A stretch of 64,000 nt of DNA from Spirochaetia bacterium (GTDB taxonomy: Bacteria > Spirochaetota > Spirochaetia > CAKZLE01), in contig OY782041.1 of assembly GCA_963677595.1 (NCBI GenBank), positions 1,088,001 through 1,152,000 of the forward strand, in the 5' to 3' direction. Positions within the stretch are counted from its first letter, which is position 1, and each line of letters begins with the position of its first letter. The notes under the pieces are model-generated. The model did not search any database and was not told the origin of the DNA. It worked only from the letters and a program-made list of their open reading frames with translations. Shown piece after piece: positions 1 through 10,425 of this stretch. A program made the position numbers and the translations under genes.

Positions 1-1
1 C

Positions 2-349
2 ATCAGGATCAGCAGCCAAAGCGGCAGCACCGAGCAGCCGCTGAGCATCCGGATCATCAACTACCTCGAGCACCACTACCAGGAGAAGATCTACCAGGAG
101 GAGCTCAGTGAGCTGGTGCAGGTGAGCTCTGCCTATATGTACCGGGTCTTCCGGCAGGAGACCGGCCATACCCCGATGGACTACCTCAACCGGCTGCGGA
201 TCTCGAAGGCACAGGCCTTCATGAGCCGGAACAACTGGACACTCGAGGAACTCGGCTCCCGGGTCGGGATCCATGACCCCAAGTACTTCTCGAAACTCTT
301 CAGGAAGTACACGGGAGTATCATACAGCGCATACCGGAAGCAGCTCTAA
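2..349 (+). CDS. AraC-family transcriptional regulator, C-terminal part (5' end outside window)
   Basis: Frame is open from position 2; double HTH with AYMYRVFRQETGHTPMDYL...GIHDPKYFSKLFRKYTG. Confidence 0.9.
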   Translation: MRISSQSGSTEQPLSIRIINYLEHHYQEKIYQEELSELVQVSSAYMYRVFRQETGHTPMDYLNRLRISKAQAFMSRNNWTLEELGSRVGIHDPKYFSKLFRKYTGVSYSAYRKQL

Positions 350-362
350 ACCAATCGTCCCG

Positions 363-2195
363 TCAGTAATCGAGCAGGATCCCAGTATAATGGCTCTGCC
401 GGTCTGCAAACTTGTCATCCCCGATATCGATGAAGTACCGCTTCCCGTAGACCCTGAATTTCATGTACATATCCTGGGTCTCAGACGTGCATAGAGAGAT
501 ATAGGGATCACGCCACACCTCCTCGAAGGTCTCCCCATCTCTAGTGGAGAGGACGAACGACTGCCCGGTCCGGTAGTCATCGGTCGTGATCCCGGCACGG
601 GCAAAGGGGATGAAGACCGGGGAGGTCTCTGTCGGCTGGATCATCCTCATCCCGAAGTTGACCGGGGCATAGGGCTGGGGATCATCGAACTCGAACTCGT
701 AGGCTAGCTCGAGGGTGGGGTATCCATCCTCGGCACAGACTTCACGGTCGATCCGGTACACCCCCTGGTTGACGGTGCTGTCATGGGTGAGCAGGATGCA
801 GTCAGGCATGGCGAAAAAGCTCAGTGACTGGGTGATGCCTGCAACCCCTCCAGTTGGGGTGTAGCTCGAAGTCTCGATATGGTCCCAGGTCTCCCCGTGA
901 TCATCGGTCCACCCGATCGTCCGGGATCCCTCGTTATCGCCGGTGGTGATCCAGATCCTCGGGGTCCCGTCGATCCCGTAGGGGTCGTAGAGGCAGCCGT
1001 GGATATGGCAGCCCTTCCAGGCCTCATCGTCGGGGAAGTACCCATCAGGGGCATCCCAGACATCGAAGATCTCCTCCCAGCTCTCCCCGTAGTCGTCCGA
1101 GTAGTAGACCTTTCGCGACCAGGTATGCAGGGGTACCCAATCCGTGGTGTTGTTGTATTCGATAAGCCCGTATTCCGAGAAGACGAGATGCTCCCCCGAG
1201 ACCGACAGTCCCCACTCGGGCATCGGCTGTACATGGTAGCTGGTATACTCCAGTACCTGCTCCCAGGACCGCTGGCCGCCGCTGCTCTTCCACAGTCCGG
1301 TCTCACTGCAGACACCCCGCTCGCAGAAGTCAAGGAACTCTTCCAGTGACGGAGCTTTCCCATCCGGGTAGTCTGCCGTGACATCCACTACCAGGGTCCC
1401 TTCCCAGGTGATCTCCTCCCAGCCTTCAGTGGCCCGGTTGACGACCTGGATATCGAGAGAATTAGTGACGGCAGTTACCTCCTGTCCAAGGATCTGTCGT
1501 CCCTCTGTAGAGAGGAATGCCCATTGATAGGAATCAACATCATCAGGGTCAGTCGTTGTCTGCAGGTAGACATATTCGTACCCAGGATTCAGCTCCTGTT
1601 CCGTGTCAACCATCACTGCGACATAATACTGGTGACCTGCAGTCACCTCGACATACTTACTCATATGGCCCCATTCGGCATTGGCAGTGAAATGCTGTCC
1701 TTCCCCGTCCACCGAGCAGCTCCCGAGGGAGTAGCCAGCCAACCCGTCCGCAATACCGTCACTGTCGGTGTCGATGACATGGTGGGGTTCATAGCAGAGG
1801 TTGGCTACATGCCCGTACCGGGCATCAGTCCCCCACTCATCGATGTCGAGCTCGATGCTGTGCCAGGGGTTATCGAACTCGTAGCCGCTTCCCACGGTCA
1901 CGAGGAGCTCCCCGTCTTCAAGCAGCCGGACGTCCTCTATGTAATCATCGAAGGTATGGAGATAGGTCATCTCCCGGAAGTTCTTCGTCTTCAGGAGCAT
2001 AGTGCCGTCATGCAGGTCACGGTCCTGGACCACATAAAAGGTCCCGGTCTCCTGGTCGATCTCCATGATACCCTTGAAGGTGTTCTCATTGGGATCCTTC
2101 GGGATATAGACATCATCGATATCCTGGAAGAAATCACAGCCCATGAAACTCACCAGGATAATGAACAGGGACAAACAGAACAGACTTTTTTTCAT
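363..2195 (-). CDS. Lipoprotein with Asp-box (BNR) repeats, sialidase-like beta-propeller
   Basis: Start MKKSLFCL... at 2195, lipobox FMGC; Asp-box motifs YSDDYGESW, WTDDHGETW, STRDGETF. Confidence 0.7.
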   Translation of the reverse strand: MKKSLFCLSLFIILVSFMGCDFFQDIDDVYIPKDPNENTFKGIMEIDQETGTFYVVQDRDLHDGTMLLKTKNFREMTYLHTFDDYIEDVRLLEDGELLVTVGSGYEFDNPWHSIELDIDEWGTDARYGHVANLCYEPHHVIDTDSDGIADGLAGYSLGSCSVDGEGQHFTANAEWGHMSKYVEVTAGHQYYVAVMVDTEQELNPGYEYVYLQTTTDPDDVDSYQWAFLSTEGRQILGQEVTAVTNSLDIQVVNRATEGWEEITWEGTLVVDVTADYPDGKAPSLEEFLDFCERGVCSETGLWKSSGGQRSWEQVLEYTSYHVQPMPEWGLSVSGEHLVFSEYGLIEYNNTTDWVPLHTWSRKVYYSDDYGESWEEIFDVWDAPDGYFPDDEAWKGCHIHGCLYDPYGIDGTPRIWITTGDNEGSRTIGWTDDHGETWDHIETSSYTPTGGVAGITQSLSFFAMPDCILLTHDSTVNQGVYRIDREVCAEDGYPTLELAYEFEFDDPQPYAPVNFGMRMIQPTETSPVFIPFARAGITTDDYRTGQSFVLSTRDGETFEEVWRDPYISLCTSETQDMYMKFRVYGKRYFIDIGDDKFADRQSHYTGILLDY

Positions 2196-2511
2196 GCAGA
2201 TACCCATACAAGGTGTGTATCCCACACCTTCTCATTGAGATTGTTTCCTATACTCTCTACTCATATCTGCGTTTGTACTGACGTACATCACCATGGTATC
2301 ACCCGATGATACTGTTAACAAGGCACATACACCCTTTCTGGATAGAAAAACCACTCTCTAATACTCAGATTCTTTTTTCCTGCTCCCTACCCCCCTGCTC
2401 CCGCTGGTTTGGCTTCTATATGCGGGTGCCCCGATCACTTCCATTGGTATGGTAACAGGTTCTATGGTACTATAGCTGTATACTGACACGAGAGGACGGC
2501 ACAGCTGGAAT

Positions 2512-5500
2512 ATGAAGAAGTCCCTGCTTCCCATCATCTTCTGCATCTCACTGGTATTTCCCTCCATGCTGTATGGGGAGCCTTCCGAGTCTGCGGCACA
2601 AGGGCTTGCTGACCTGCAGGAGATAGCGACCTCCGTCGGCCTCCTCGAGGAGGCTGCAGACTTCGAATCAGACGGGTTCGATGCGGTCCACCTCAGCTGG
2701 GACCCATCTCCTGCAGCAGGTACTGCAGGCTACAACGTCTACCGGAGCATCCTGCGGTATGACCCGGAAAGAAGACCGGAGATAACCGTCGACGGGAACC
2801 TGAAGGACTGGAACTCGGTCAGGAAGGCGAACACCTACCCCTATCCGGAGGAGGACCTCCTCCACATACAGGATGTCTATGTCACCCATGATGATGCGAA
2901 CCTCTATCTTGCCGTGAAATGCACGAGCAGCATCTCCGATGCTGCGATGACGGAGATCTTCCTTGATGTGGACCAGGACCTCTTAACCGGGAGCGGTTCG
3001 AAGGACTGGCGGGGCCTGCCCATCGGGGCCGAGATCATGTTCTACTACAACCACCCCGACACCATCTACCGGAAAGTCTGGGACCCCTCCTGGGAGGGCC
3101 CCTACCCCTACAACGAGTTCGTCTCCAACAACTATGCGGACCCGGCACATGCCTGGAAGGACGCGTACGACATGACCTGGATCGGGGCAGCCGAATTCGG
3201 GACCACCAAGGCCGATGTGATCGGATCCCTCCTCGCCCGGGACATCCCGCGGAGCTGGGAGAACGATGTCTGGGAAATGAAGGTCCCCTTCGAGGACCTC
3301 CGGGAACTCACTGGCTATGAGATCGACCCAGCCCACTTCGGGATCGATATCGTGGTCTCGACCAACTTCGACCAGTTCCCTACCGTGGGCTATGGCCCCA
3401 AGTCACCGATGAAGTTCTCCTACGGCTATGAGAAGGTCAATGACGAACCTGTATCAGGCACGACCTTCGACGACCACCCGATCGACGGGCTCGAGTATGA
3501 GTACACAGTCTTCGCCGTGGACTCCACAGGAGATGAGCACCTGCTTGACGGCTGGCCGAAGACGGCTGATGTCGCGAAGTCGATGGTAGATGACTTCAAC
3601 GTCTCGATCAACGATGAGCACTCCCTTGCCGTGGAGTTCGACTTCCCCGATAACGATTCCCTCAGCGAGGTGAAGATACTCAGGAGGGATGACCGGTACC
3701 CGGAGGGTCCTTCTGACGGGGATATCATCAAGACGATCCCCTATGAGAAGGGCGGGCATGCCAGGGTCATAGACCGCGGGCTGCAGCAGGGGAAGTCCTA
3801 TTTCTATGCCGCCTACTCGACTGCGATAGACGGGACGGGTTCCATCGAGTTCTGGGACATCAAGGACCGGTCGATCCCGGCAGCAGTACGCGGCCCGATC
3901 GAGGGGCTGAGTCCCGATGACGACTACATGGCCTACTTCTCCAGCTGGGACGCGACGAGGGTCTACCTGGCGAAGAAGTATGATGTGGTCATCTGCCATC
4001 CGGGCGGCGGTTCGCAGCTGATCACCCGGGAGCAGGTTGATGAGATCCAGCGGGGCCTGGACGGGAAGAGAGGCACCGATGATGATGTCATCGTGATTGG
4101 CTATGTGTCGATCGGCGAGGACTTCGGGATCAACCCCCAGATCCTCCGGAACAACAAGGTCCTCGGTATCCACCCGAACATCGATGACTACCCCGAGGGG
4201 GTCTCGTGGGACCTGAAGAACTACTATTACCCAAGAAAACTCGAGACTTCCACGGAAGGCCCGGTTTCCTACTCCTATGAGGATGATACCTACACCCTCT
4301 CAGATGCTGATGACCCGACCTACCAGTTCCCCTCCTTCTATGTCGACATGATCGACTACATGGGACAGGGAGGAGCCGGGCAGGACGGACTTCCCGACCA
4401 GAACATCGAGTGGGGAGGACTCTTCGTCGATCCCGGCAATACGCTATGGCAGGACTTCATCCGCGAGGCCGATATAACGACCGATTATGTGGCGGGGATC
4501 GACTGGGTCCTCGGGGACGAGGACGGGGCCCTCGGCTGCGACGGCATATTTCTGGACACCGTGGGAGTATCGGCTGCCTGGAGCCAGTGGTTCCCCTACA
4601 CCTACTACGGGGACTACTTCTGGACCAGCAGCGGCTTCCTCGACTTCTTCGCCAGGATCGGGATGTGGTACCCGGACAAGATCCTCATGCCGAACCGGCC
4701 GATGCACTTCATGTTCCCCAATATGATGGGGAAGCGCTACGATGACTTCCGGTCCCTGATCAATGCCGTCTTCTGGGAGTCCTACTCAGCGGATGTCCTC
4801 TTCTGGTGGGGCGGGAACTACGCCAACATCTTCGAGGACACGGTGGTCAATGCCGAGGACAACAAGGACGACCGTGGCTTCTCCACCTTCGTCCTTGACT
4901 ACTGGAACGTCATGATCGACGCCGAGGAGGGCGGCGAGTACCAGAAGGCTCCCTGGTACGATACCCTCGAAGACCAGATCAAGCGGGCTGAGGGCAACGA
5001 CTTCATCAGCTTCGTCTCCGGTTCACGGTCCATGGCCGAGTTCTCCGACTTCGTCTACTACTACCACCACCCCGAGGAGCGGAACCTCCCCGACCTCTAT
5101 GTGCACAGCATCGGGATCGAGCGGGCAGAGAACGACCAGGTCAGCGTGAAGGTGAACATCACGAACCTCGGGAAGGCTGTCGATGACTGGGAGCACTTCT
5201 GGGTCCAGGTCTACCAGAACGACCGGCTGATCCGCGAGTTCGATATCGCGGGGCTGCGATACCTCGAGATCAAGTCCTTCGACTTCCTCATCTCCCCCGA
5301 TGATATTGGGAATGACATTCGCGTCATGGTGGATACCCGCGATGATATCGACGAGCTTGATGAGCTGCCCGGCCATGAGAGCAACAACACGAAGGGGCGC
5401 TATGTCGACCGGTACCTCGAGTTCGTCGAGGGGTGGTACCCCACCGGGTTCGCCCCTGACGTCATCATCGAGGACATCACCTTCTCCAGCGACTACCCGG

Positions 5501-7776
5501 TCGTGAACAAGCCATTGGTGATCACCCTCCACTACAAGAACATCAGCGATGAGGGGGTCGCCCCCGAATCGCGTCTCTACTACTGGCTTCAGGAGTCTGA
5601 CGGGAGGAAGACGCTCGGGAACATCCCCACCCCCTTCCTCATGCCGGGAGAGTCGAAGGAGATCCCGATCGTCTACACCCCCCGGTCCTTCGGGGACCTT
5701 GCCATCGGGATCACGGCGGACGGGACCTACAAGATCATCGAACAGTCTGACCTCAACAACTACTATGACACGAGGGTTCCGATAGTCTCCTCCCAGGATT
5801 CGGGGATCGCCGAACCTCTCGACCAGCTCGGCCCTTTCAATGACATCCTCGGGGACGGCACTGCCGGGGTACTGGCAGCCGACATCAAGGAGGTCACGAT
5901 CGCCCGGGATGCGGACACCACCTACTTCAACATGAAGTTCCCCGAAAAGATCCAGCCGAGGATCTATGCCTACATGATCTTCATCGATGCCCCGCTGAAC
6001 GACGGGCCCGGGTACCCGGTGAGCAATCTGCAGGCTGACTACCTCATCTCGGGCGGGGCCCTCTGGCGCTATACCGGGAAGGATTCCGGCTCCTGGTCAT
6101 GGAAGAAGCTCGACTCTGTGGAGGGCTTCTCCTACAGCATCATCGATGACTCGAAGGGGATGGAGTTCGGCGTACCGAGCAGCCTCCTCTATGCCGACGA
6201 TACCGACTGGGGTAACATCATGCCGGAGGACCAGCTGGGTGCGATCTACTACGTCAGCGACGAGGACAACGAGACCCTGGACGAGATCTACCCCTCCTAC
6301 ACGACCTCTCTCGCCTTCCCACCCATGGGGAAGCGCATCACCATAGACGGGAACATGGCCGACTGGGCACTGAATGCAGCAGCAAGCTACACCGGTCGGG
6401 AATCGGTCGATGACGGCTTCAACAAGCGTCTGCTGAATGTGGCGAATGCGATCGGGGGCTATGCCGACATGAAGAAGATCTCCGTGACCTTCGATGAGTC
6501 CTACTTCTACATCCAGCTGACGATGGACCAGCGGATCAGCCTCGATCTCATCGACTACAGTATCTACTTCGACCTGGACCTCTCGGAGGAGACGGGATAC
6601 CTGCTGAGGAACAACCAGTTCGGGGCTGACTGCAGGATCCTCAACGGGGTCTTCTACACCTATGAGGGGGACGGGTTCTCCTGGGAATGGGCCCCGTCCG
6701 ACAAGCGGGTCTTCAGCAGCCTCGGCAATACCCGCTATCCCCAGTCGCTGGAGATGGCACTGGAGTACGGGGACCTCTTCGAAGGCGTGCCCGAGATGGA
6801 GATCTATATCGTCACGAGCGACAAGAAGGGTGTCGGCTGGGAAGATGACATCGACGACTTCTTCCCCGATGCTTCCCGGTCACGCTACATCATCCCCCTC
6901 GATAAGATCGATGAGGTCTATGTCGAGAGTGACCTCAGCTTCATCTCCCAGGTCGAGGAAGCGTATACTGAGGTGTCAGATGAGGACCTCTATATACAGG
7001 ATTCTGATGACGTTATTGACTACCTATTGAACACGGTGGTCTCGGTCGACACGATCGACGGGAACTTCTATGACTGGGAGCTTGACCCGAATGTGGTATT
7101 CATCGGGAAGGACGTGATCGAGAACCGGCCGATGGGTATCCAGTCCTATGACATCGATACCGTGAGCTATGTCTTCCATGACGGGCACTTCTTCGTCCGC
7201 ACGACGGTCGCAGGGCCGATCGACCGGCTCGACTGGCGTGCCGTCTACTACATCGACACGGATGACGACAAGAGTACCGGCTATGTGAACAAGAACCACG
7301 GCTATGACTACATGATGCAGGGAGACGGGAACCTCTTCTACCTCGAGGACGGCAAGGAGTTGAAGCCGGTCCTCATCGGCATGGTACCCCTGATGGTCTC
7401 GAAGTCTGACCAGATGGCGGTGGAGTTCGCCATCCCTGAGGCCATGTGCGGGGGATTCAATGACGAGTTCGTCCTCTATGTACGGTACGGGGCCCAGGAG
7501 ACCCGGTTCTCAGCCTTTGATGAGTACGGTCCGGTCAGGCTCTCCCGCTACAACAAGCTCCTGCCCACCGACAAGGTCTCCCTGCCGCCGATCTTCCTGG
7601 CTATCCTTGCAGGCATCTTCATCCTGCTGCTCTTCGCCCTGAACACCATGAACTCCTACAGGACGGCAAAGAAGCAGAAGGAGCTCGACAGGAAGCAGGC
7701 GAAACTATCCACGATCTATGCTGAACCTGAGAAGGAGGAGAAGGATGAAGACAAGAAGCATTACGATCTTGACTGA
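2512..7776 (+). CDS. Large secreted, C-terminally anchored multidomain protein: GH114/TM1410-like barrel, FN3, CARDB and DOMON/CBM9-like domains
   Basis: Signal peptide; IGYVSIGED, DGIFLDTV, MPNR, AVFWES motifs; repeated (V/I)DGNxxDW; two CARDB-like PD(L/V)...NN segments; TM helix and charged tail. Confidence 0.7.
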   Translation: MKKSLLPIIFCISLVFPSMLYGEPSESAAQGLADLQEIATSVGLLEEAADFESDGFDAVHLSWDPSPAAGTAGYNVYRSILRYDPERRPEITVDGNLKDWNSVRKANTYPYPEEDLLHIQDVYVTHDDANLYLAVKCTSSISDAAMTEIFLDVDQDLLTGSGSKDWRGLPIGAEIMFYYNHPDTIYRKVWDPSWEGPYPYNEFVSNNYADPAHAWKDAYDMTWIGAAEFGTTKADVIGSLLARDIPRSWENDVWEMKVPFEDLRELTGYEIDPAHFGIDIVVSTNFDQFPTVGYGPKSPMKFSYGYEKVNDEPVSGTTFDDHPIDGLEYEYTVFAVDSTGDEHLLDGWPKTADVAKSMVDDFNVSINDEHSLAVEFDFPDNDSLSEVKILRRDDRYPEGPSDGDIIKTIPYEKGGHARVIDRGLQQGKSYFYAAYSTAIDGTGSIEFWDIKDRSIPAAVRGPIEGLSPDDDYMAYFSSWDATRVYLAKKYDVVICHPGGGSQLITREQVDEIQRGLDGKRGTDDDVIVIGYVSIGEDFGINPQILRNNKVLGIHPNIDDYPEGVSWDLKNYYYPRKLETSTEGPVSYSYEDDTYTLSDADDPTYQFPSFYVDMIDYMGQGGAGQDGLPDQNIEWGGLFVDPGNTLWQDFIREADITTDYVAGIDWVLGDEDGALGCDGIFLDTVGVSAAWSQWFPYTYYGDYFWTSSGFLDFFARIGMWYPDKILMPNRPMHFMFPNMMGKRYDDFRSLINAVFWESYSADVLFWWGGNYANIFEDTVVNAEDNKDDRGFSTFVLDYWNVMIDAEEGGEYQKAPWYDTLEDQIKRAEGNDFISFVSGSRSMAEFSDFVYYYHHPEERNLPDLYVHSIGIERAENDQVSVKVNITNLGKAVDDWEHFWVQVYQNDRLIREFDIAGLRYLEIKSFDFLISPDDIGNDIRVMVDTRDDIDELDELPGHESNNTKGRYVDRYLEFVEGWYPTGFAPDVIIEDITFSSDYPVVNKPLVITLHYKNISDEGVAPESRLYYWLQESDGRKTLGNIPTPFLMPGESKEIPIVYTPRSFGDLAIGITADGTYKIIEQSDLNNYYDTRVPIVSSQDSGIAEPLDQLGPFNDILGDGTAGVLAADIKEVTIARDADTTYFNMKFPEKIQPRIYAYMIFIDAPLNDGPGYPVSNLQADYLISGGALWRYTGKDSGSWSWKKLDSVEGFSYSIIDDSKGMEFGVPSSLLYADDTDWGNIMPEDQLGAIYYVSDEDNETLDEIYPSYTTSLAFPPMGKRITIDGNMADWALNAAASYTGRESVDDGFNKRLLNVANAIGGYADMKKISVTFDESYFYIQLTMDQRISLDLIDYSIYFDLDLSEETGYLLRNNQFGADCRILNGVFYTYEGDGFSWEWAPSDKRVFSSLGNTRYPQSLEMALEYGDLFEGVPEMEIYIVTSDKKGVGWEDDIDDFFPDASRSRYIIPLDKIDEVYVESDLSFISQVEEAYTEVSDEDLYIQDSDDVIDYLLNTVVSVDTIDGNFYDWELDPNVVFIGKDVIENRPMGIQSYDIDTVSYVFHDGHFFVRTTVAGPIDRLDWRAVYYIDTDDDKSTGYVNKNHGYDYMMQGDGNLFYLEDGKELKPVLIGMVPLMVSKSDQMAVEFAIPEAMCGGFNDEFVLYVRYGAQETRFSAFDEYGPVRLSRYNKLLPTDKVSLPPIFLAILAGIFILLLFALNTMNSYRTAKKQKELDRKQAKLSTIYAEPEKEEKDEDKKHYDLD

Positions 7777-8587
7777 CAACCATACGATCACGGACTCCTA
7801 CTTCCTCGGGGAACCGGGACTCTCGATCCTCATCGAGGATGGGGAGGCATCGACCCTCTTTGACTGCGGGTATTCGGATGTCTTCATCAGGAACGCGACC
7901 AAGCTGGGGAAGGACCTCACAGCCGTTGACCATCTCGTGCTCTCCCACAGCCACCTCGACCATACCTGGGGCCTATGCGACTTCATGAGACTGTTCACCG
8001 AGGCACGGTTTCTGGGACGTAAGCCCAATCGGCCGGTCCTCGTGGCGCACCCGGAGGCCCTCACCCCGACCACCCTCCCCGGCATCGGCCAGATCGGGTC
8101 TCTTATCCCGAAAGAGCGGCTCGATCCCTGCTTCCAGGTCAGCCTATCGAGGGAGCCGGTACGGCTCTCCGAACACTGCACCTTCCTCGGGGAGATCCCG
8201 AGGGTCATGCCCTTCGAACCGGTCCCCTCGATCGGGTTCAAGGACGAAGGGCAGAGGGAGGACCATATTCCCGATGATTCAGCCATAGTCTGCACCACCG
8301 GCGAAGGACTGGTGATCATCACCGGCTGCTCCCATGCAGGGATCTGCAACATCTGTGAATACGCGAAAGAAGTATGTTCCGATGACCGCATCATCGATAT
8401 CATCGGGGGGCTCCACCTCATCGATGCACCAGCCGCACAGCTCGAAGGGACTGTCGCATACCTCAAGGGACTTGGGCTCAAGGCCCTCCATGCCTGCCAC
8501 TGCACAGGGCTGCAGGCGCTTGCAGCCCTGGCAGCTGCCGCACCGGTCATCGAGACCGGGGCAGGGCTTCGTATCACCTATACCTGA
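7745..8587 (+). CDS. MBL-fold metallo-hydrolase
   Basis: SHSHLDH, GCSHAG, GGLHL, CHCTG motifs; ATG 7745 after GGAGG; overlaps upstream gene by 32 nt. Confidence 0.85.
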   Translation: MKTRSITILTDNHTITDSYFLGEPGLSILIEDGEASTLFDCGYSDVFIRNATKLGKDLTAVDHLVLSHSHLDHTWGLCDFMRLFTEARFLGRKPNRPVLVAHPEALTPTTLPGIGQIGSLIPKERLDPCFQVSLSREPVRLSEHCTFLGEIPRVMPFEPVPSIGFKDEGQREDHIPDDSAIVCTTGEGLVIITGCSHAGICNICEYAKEVCSDDRIIDIIGGLHLIDAPAAQLEGTVAYLKGLGLKALHACHCTGLQALAALAAAAPVIETGAGLRITYT

Positions 8588-8676
8588 GCAATGTAATAAA
8601 ACTAAGAAATTGCTTATATTCATTTACGTTTCCCTTTTTTCATACTATACTTACGGTTGGTTGATCTGAACCGATA

Positions 8677-8694
8677 TCGTTCACTCGTGAACGA
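8677..8694. promoter_or_regulatory. Palindrome, candidate MarR operator
   Basis: TCGTTCAC-TC-GTGAACGA just upstream of the MarR gene. Confidence 0.55.
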
Positions 8695-8718
8695 GGGTAA
8701 CACGTAACAGGAAAGCAC

Positions 8719-9156
8719 ATGCTCAAGATCGATGATTATATCCCCTTCTCTATCTCCCTTCACGGCCGCATCATGCTTGACACATTGAACGAGCTTGTCG
8801 CACCCTTCGGCATCACCCGATCCCAATGGGCGGCACTCTATTTCATTGCTGAGAATCCTGAGATCAATATGACCCGTCTCGCTGAACTCATGGTAGTCAG
8901 GACATCCACGATCGTACGGCTGGTGGAGCGGATGGTAAAAGACCTGCTGATCACCAAGAAGCAGCTTCCCTCCGACAGGAGGAACATCATGCTCACCTGC
9001 ACCAGGAAGGGAAAGCTCATCTACCGGAAGACCATACCTGTCGTCAAGCAGTTCGAGCAGAGCCTGATGGAGGGGATAGACCCCGGTGATCTCGAGACCT
9101 GCCGGACGGTCTTTCTGCAGATGGCGGCGAATGCCGCCTCCTGCAGGGATGAGTGA
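8719..9156 (+). CDS. MarR-family transcriptional regulator
   Basis: 145 aa; ITRSQWAAL, winged HTH, DRR...LTCTRKG. Confidence 0.9.
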   Translation: MLKIDDYIPFSISLHGRIMLDTLNELVAPFGITRSQWAALYFIAENPEINMTRLAELMVVRTSTIVRLVERMVKDLLITKKQLPSDRRNIMLTCTRKGKLIYRKTIPVVKQFEQSLMEGIDPGDLETCRTVFLQMAANAASCRDE

Positions 9157-9220
9157 TAAAATATCCCTGAATTTCCCAGATACTTGAATCAATTCGCACA
9201 TTTTTCCGTTTAGTATCTAT

Positions 9221-9904
9221 ATGAAGAACTATAAACACCATCAAAGAAACCGTGCGTTAGCTGTTTACGACGGTAAGCCGAGGGAGCGACTCACTACCCA
9301 CGGCTCAGAGTCGTTGTCCGACCTCGACATCGTGGCGATCCTGCTTGGTACCGGGAGTAAAGAGACACCGGTTCACCGCCTGGCCCTCAAGCTACTCGAT
9401 ATCATAGACGAGAAGAAGGAAGCTCTGCAGTCCTCAGACCTCACCGGGCTCAACGGTATCGGGGAAGCCAAGGCCTCAGTCCTCCTTGCTGCCCTGGAGC
9501 TGGGAAGGAGGATGGAGTATACCACAAAAAGGCAGATCGCCTTTCCCAGCGACATCTACCCCCTGGTGAGGCATTACGCGGACAGGCAGCAGGAGCACTT
9601 CCTCCGGGTATCACTCAACGGGGCTCATGAGGTCCTCTCCATCGGGGTGGTCTCCATCGGCCTGGTGAACCGGACGATCGTCCATCCCCGTGAGGTCTTC
9701 GCCACCCCGATCAGGGAACGTGCCACCTCCATCATCGTAGCCCATAACCATCCGAGCAGGAACCTCACCCCCAGCAGGGAGGACCGGGAGGTGACCATCC
9801 GGCTGGTGGAGGCCGGCAAGATCCTCGGCATCCACCTGCTCGACCACCTCATCTTCTCTGATGAGGAGTACTACAGCTTCCTCGAGCAGGGGGAGATGGA
9901 ATGA
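9221..9904 (+). CDS. radC: RadC / JAB-domain protein
   Basis: KPRERL, HhH GIGEAKA, VHPREVF, AHNHPS, LLDHLI. Confidence 0.95.
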   Translation: MKNYKHHQRNRALAVYDGKPRERLTTHGSESLSDLDIVAILLGTGSKETPVHRLALKLLDIIDEKKEALQSSDLTGLNGIGEAKASVLLAALELGRRMEYTTKRQIAFPSDIYPLVRHYADRQQEHFLRVSLNGAHEVLSIGVVSIGLVNRTIVHPREVFATPIRERATSIIVAHNHPSRNLTPSREDREVTIRLVEAGKILGIHLLDHLIFSDEEYYSFLEQGEME

Positions 9905-9916
9905 GGCTCTGTGCTG

Positions 9917-10177
9917 CTATTCATAATGCGTCCACATACGCAAGATCTTGACTATCTGGTGCTCTTCGAGCACCTGGTAGACTATTCTATGCTGGATATT
10001 GATCCTTCTGGAACAAGCCCCTGTCAGGTCTCCAAGCAATCGTTCATAGGGAGGATAATCAGTAAAAGGATCCTGTCTCAGTACATCCAGGATGTGTTCA
10101 GCTTTTCCCTTCAGGTTTGAAGCAGATAATTTCCTGGCGTCTTTTTTCGCCTGTTTTGTGAACAGTAGTGTATACAT
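9917..10177 (-). CDS. yoeB: Txe/YoeB-family toxin
   Basis: FTKQAKKD, PPYERLLGDL, SRRINIQHRIVY, WTHYE; ATG overlaps antitoxin stop (TGATG). Confidence 0.92.
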   Translation of the reverse strand: MYTLLFTKQAKKDARKLSASNLKGKAEHILDVLRQDPFTDYPPYERLLGDLTGACSRRINIQHRIVYQVLEEHQIVKILRMWTHYE

Positions 10178-10419
10178 CACCACTCAAGATCTTCATCCAG
10201 ATCAGCGACAGGGGTGTTCATCCCCTCCAGGATCGATTCCCTCATACCGGGAATAGAAGTGAGAAACAGTGTTTCCGTGATACTACGCCAGTCGTCTTCC
10301 CCGACCAGTACGGCTGAAGCATATTTACCGGTTATCTCTATAGGTTCATGAGTCTCATTCACTTCTTCAACTATTTTGTATAAATACTTTCGTGCATTAG
10401 TAACATTCATACTGCCCAT
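10177..10419 (-). CDS. yefM: Phd/YefM-family antitoxin
   Basis: NVTNARKYLY, PIEITGK, AVLV...ETLFL..IPGMRESI. Confidence 0.92.
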   Translation of the reverse strand: MGSMNVTNARKYLYKIVEEVNETHEPIEITGKYASAVLVGEDDWRSITETLFLTSIPGMRESILEGMNTPVADLDEDLEW

Positions 10420-10425
10420 ACCATC

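Noticed and set aside
2379-2403. Short CCTGCTCCC direct repeat in the divergent intergenic region
   Set aside because: Two 9-mers in low-complexity sequence are not significant.
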